Shown in pieces: positions 63,638 through 64,000 of a stretch of DNA of 64,000 nt (position 1 is the first letter of the stretch; every line of letters begins with the position of its first letter). The DNA comes from Myxococcota bacterium (GTDB lineage Bacteria > Myxococcota_A > Polyangia > Nannocystales > Nannocystaceae). Position numbers and translations under genes: made by a program. The notes under the pieces were generated by a model, which was not told the DNA's origin, did no database searches, and worked only from the letters and a program-made list of their open reading frames with translations. The stretch is from contig JBCCWC010000006.1 in assembly GCA_039194325.1 (NCBI GenBank), forward strand, positions 32,001 through 96,000, read 5' to 3'.

Positions 63638-64000
63638 TCAAGATGCGCGCGATCGATCCCCCTCCTGGGGCACGTACATTGCCTCGAACTGCTCCTTGGG
63701 CACGTGGTACTCGCCGTCGCCATCGACCTCTCGGACCAGGTAATCTCCTACGGCGATGCTCACCCGCACTCGCTCTCCCTTGCGCTCGGTCTGCAGCACG
63801 CAGGGCTCGAGCGCGATCCGGGCCATGGTGACGGTGGTCTTGCGATAGGTCCCCAGCACCTCGGCGTTGCTGTAGGTCGCCAAGAAGTCGTCGAGCCCCA
63901 CGCCGTAGACCTCTGCTCCCGCGCCGTCGGCCCGTGGTGCCTCGAGGCGTAGGTGAGGACGATCGAAGGTCTGGACGCCCTGACCCCAGCTCACCGGATA
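63638..64000 (-). CDS. Hypothetical protein, PGDYG-like C-terminus (N-terminus beyond window)
   Basis: AVGDYLVREVDGDGEYHVPKEQFEAMY; frame stays open to the window edge. Confidence 0.55.
   Translation of the reverse strand, partial: YPVSWGQGVQTFDRPHLRLEAPRADGAGAEVYGVGLDDFLATYSNAEVLGTYRKTTVTMARIALEPCVLQTERKGERVRVSIAVGDYLVREVDGDGEYHVPKEQFEAMYVPQEGDRSRAS

Overview
High-GC chromosomal segment, most likely from a myxobacterium of the Nannocystaceae type. This is inferred from MYXO-CTERM and Cys-rich repeat lipoproteins, FHA and DUF4388 proteins, Ser/Thr kinases, a sigma54 activator and a Myxan-type cas6. It holds about 50 protein genes and I see no rRNA, tRNA, transposase, integrase or true CRISPR array. 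The strongest leads are: (1) a lower-GC three-gene cassette at 14429-18208 (DUF3696-type ABC ATPase, TOPRIM-like protein, long DUF262 protein) that looks like a permuted Menshen/PARIS-like anti-phage system appended to a lipid operon; (2) an orphan type I-MYXAN cas6 (31123-31731) with no cas genes or array, a palindrome in its leader and an amplified hairpin element nearby; (3) a 57-bp REP-like hairpin present twice, once tandemly amplified; (4) a candidate multi-stem ncRNA at about 39970-40125; (5) an FHA-PilZ fusion missed by the ORF track; (6) a membrane cytochrome b-like/triheme c fusion and two CxCH proteins. All family calls come from visual motif recognition, not database searches.
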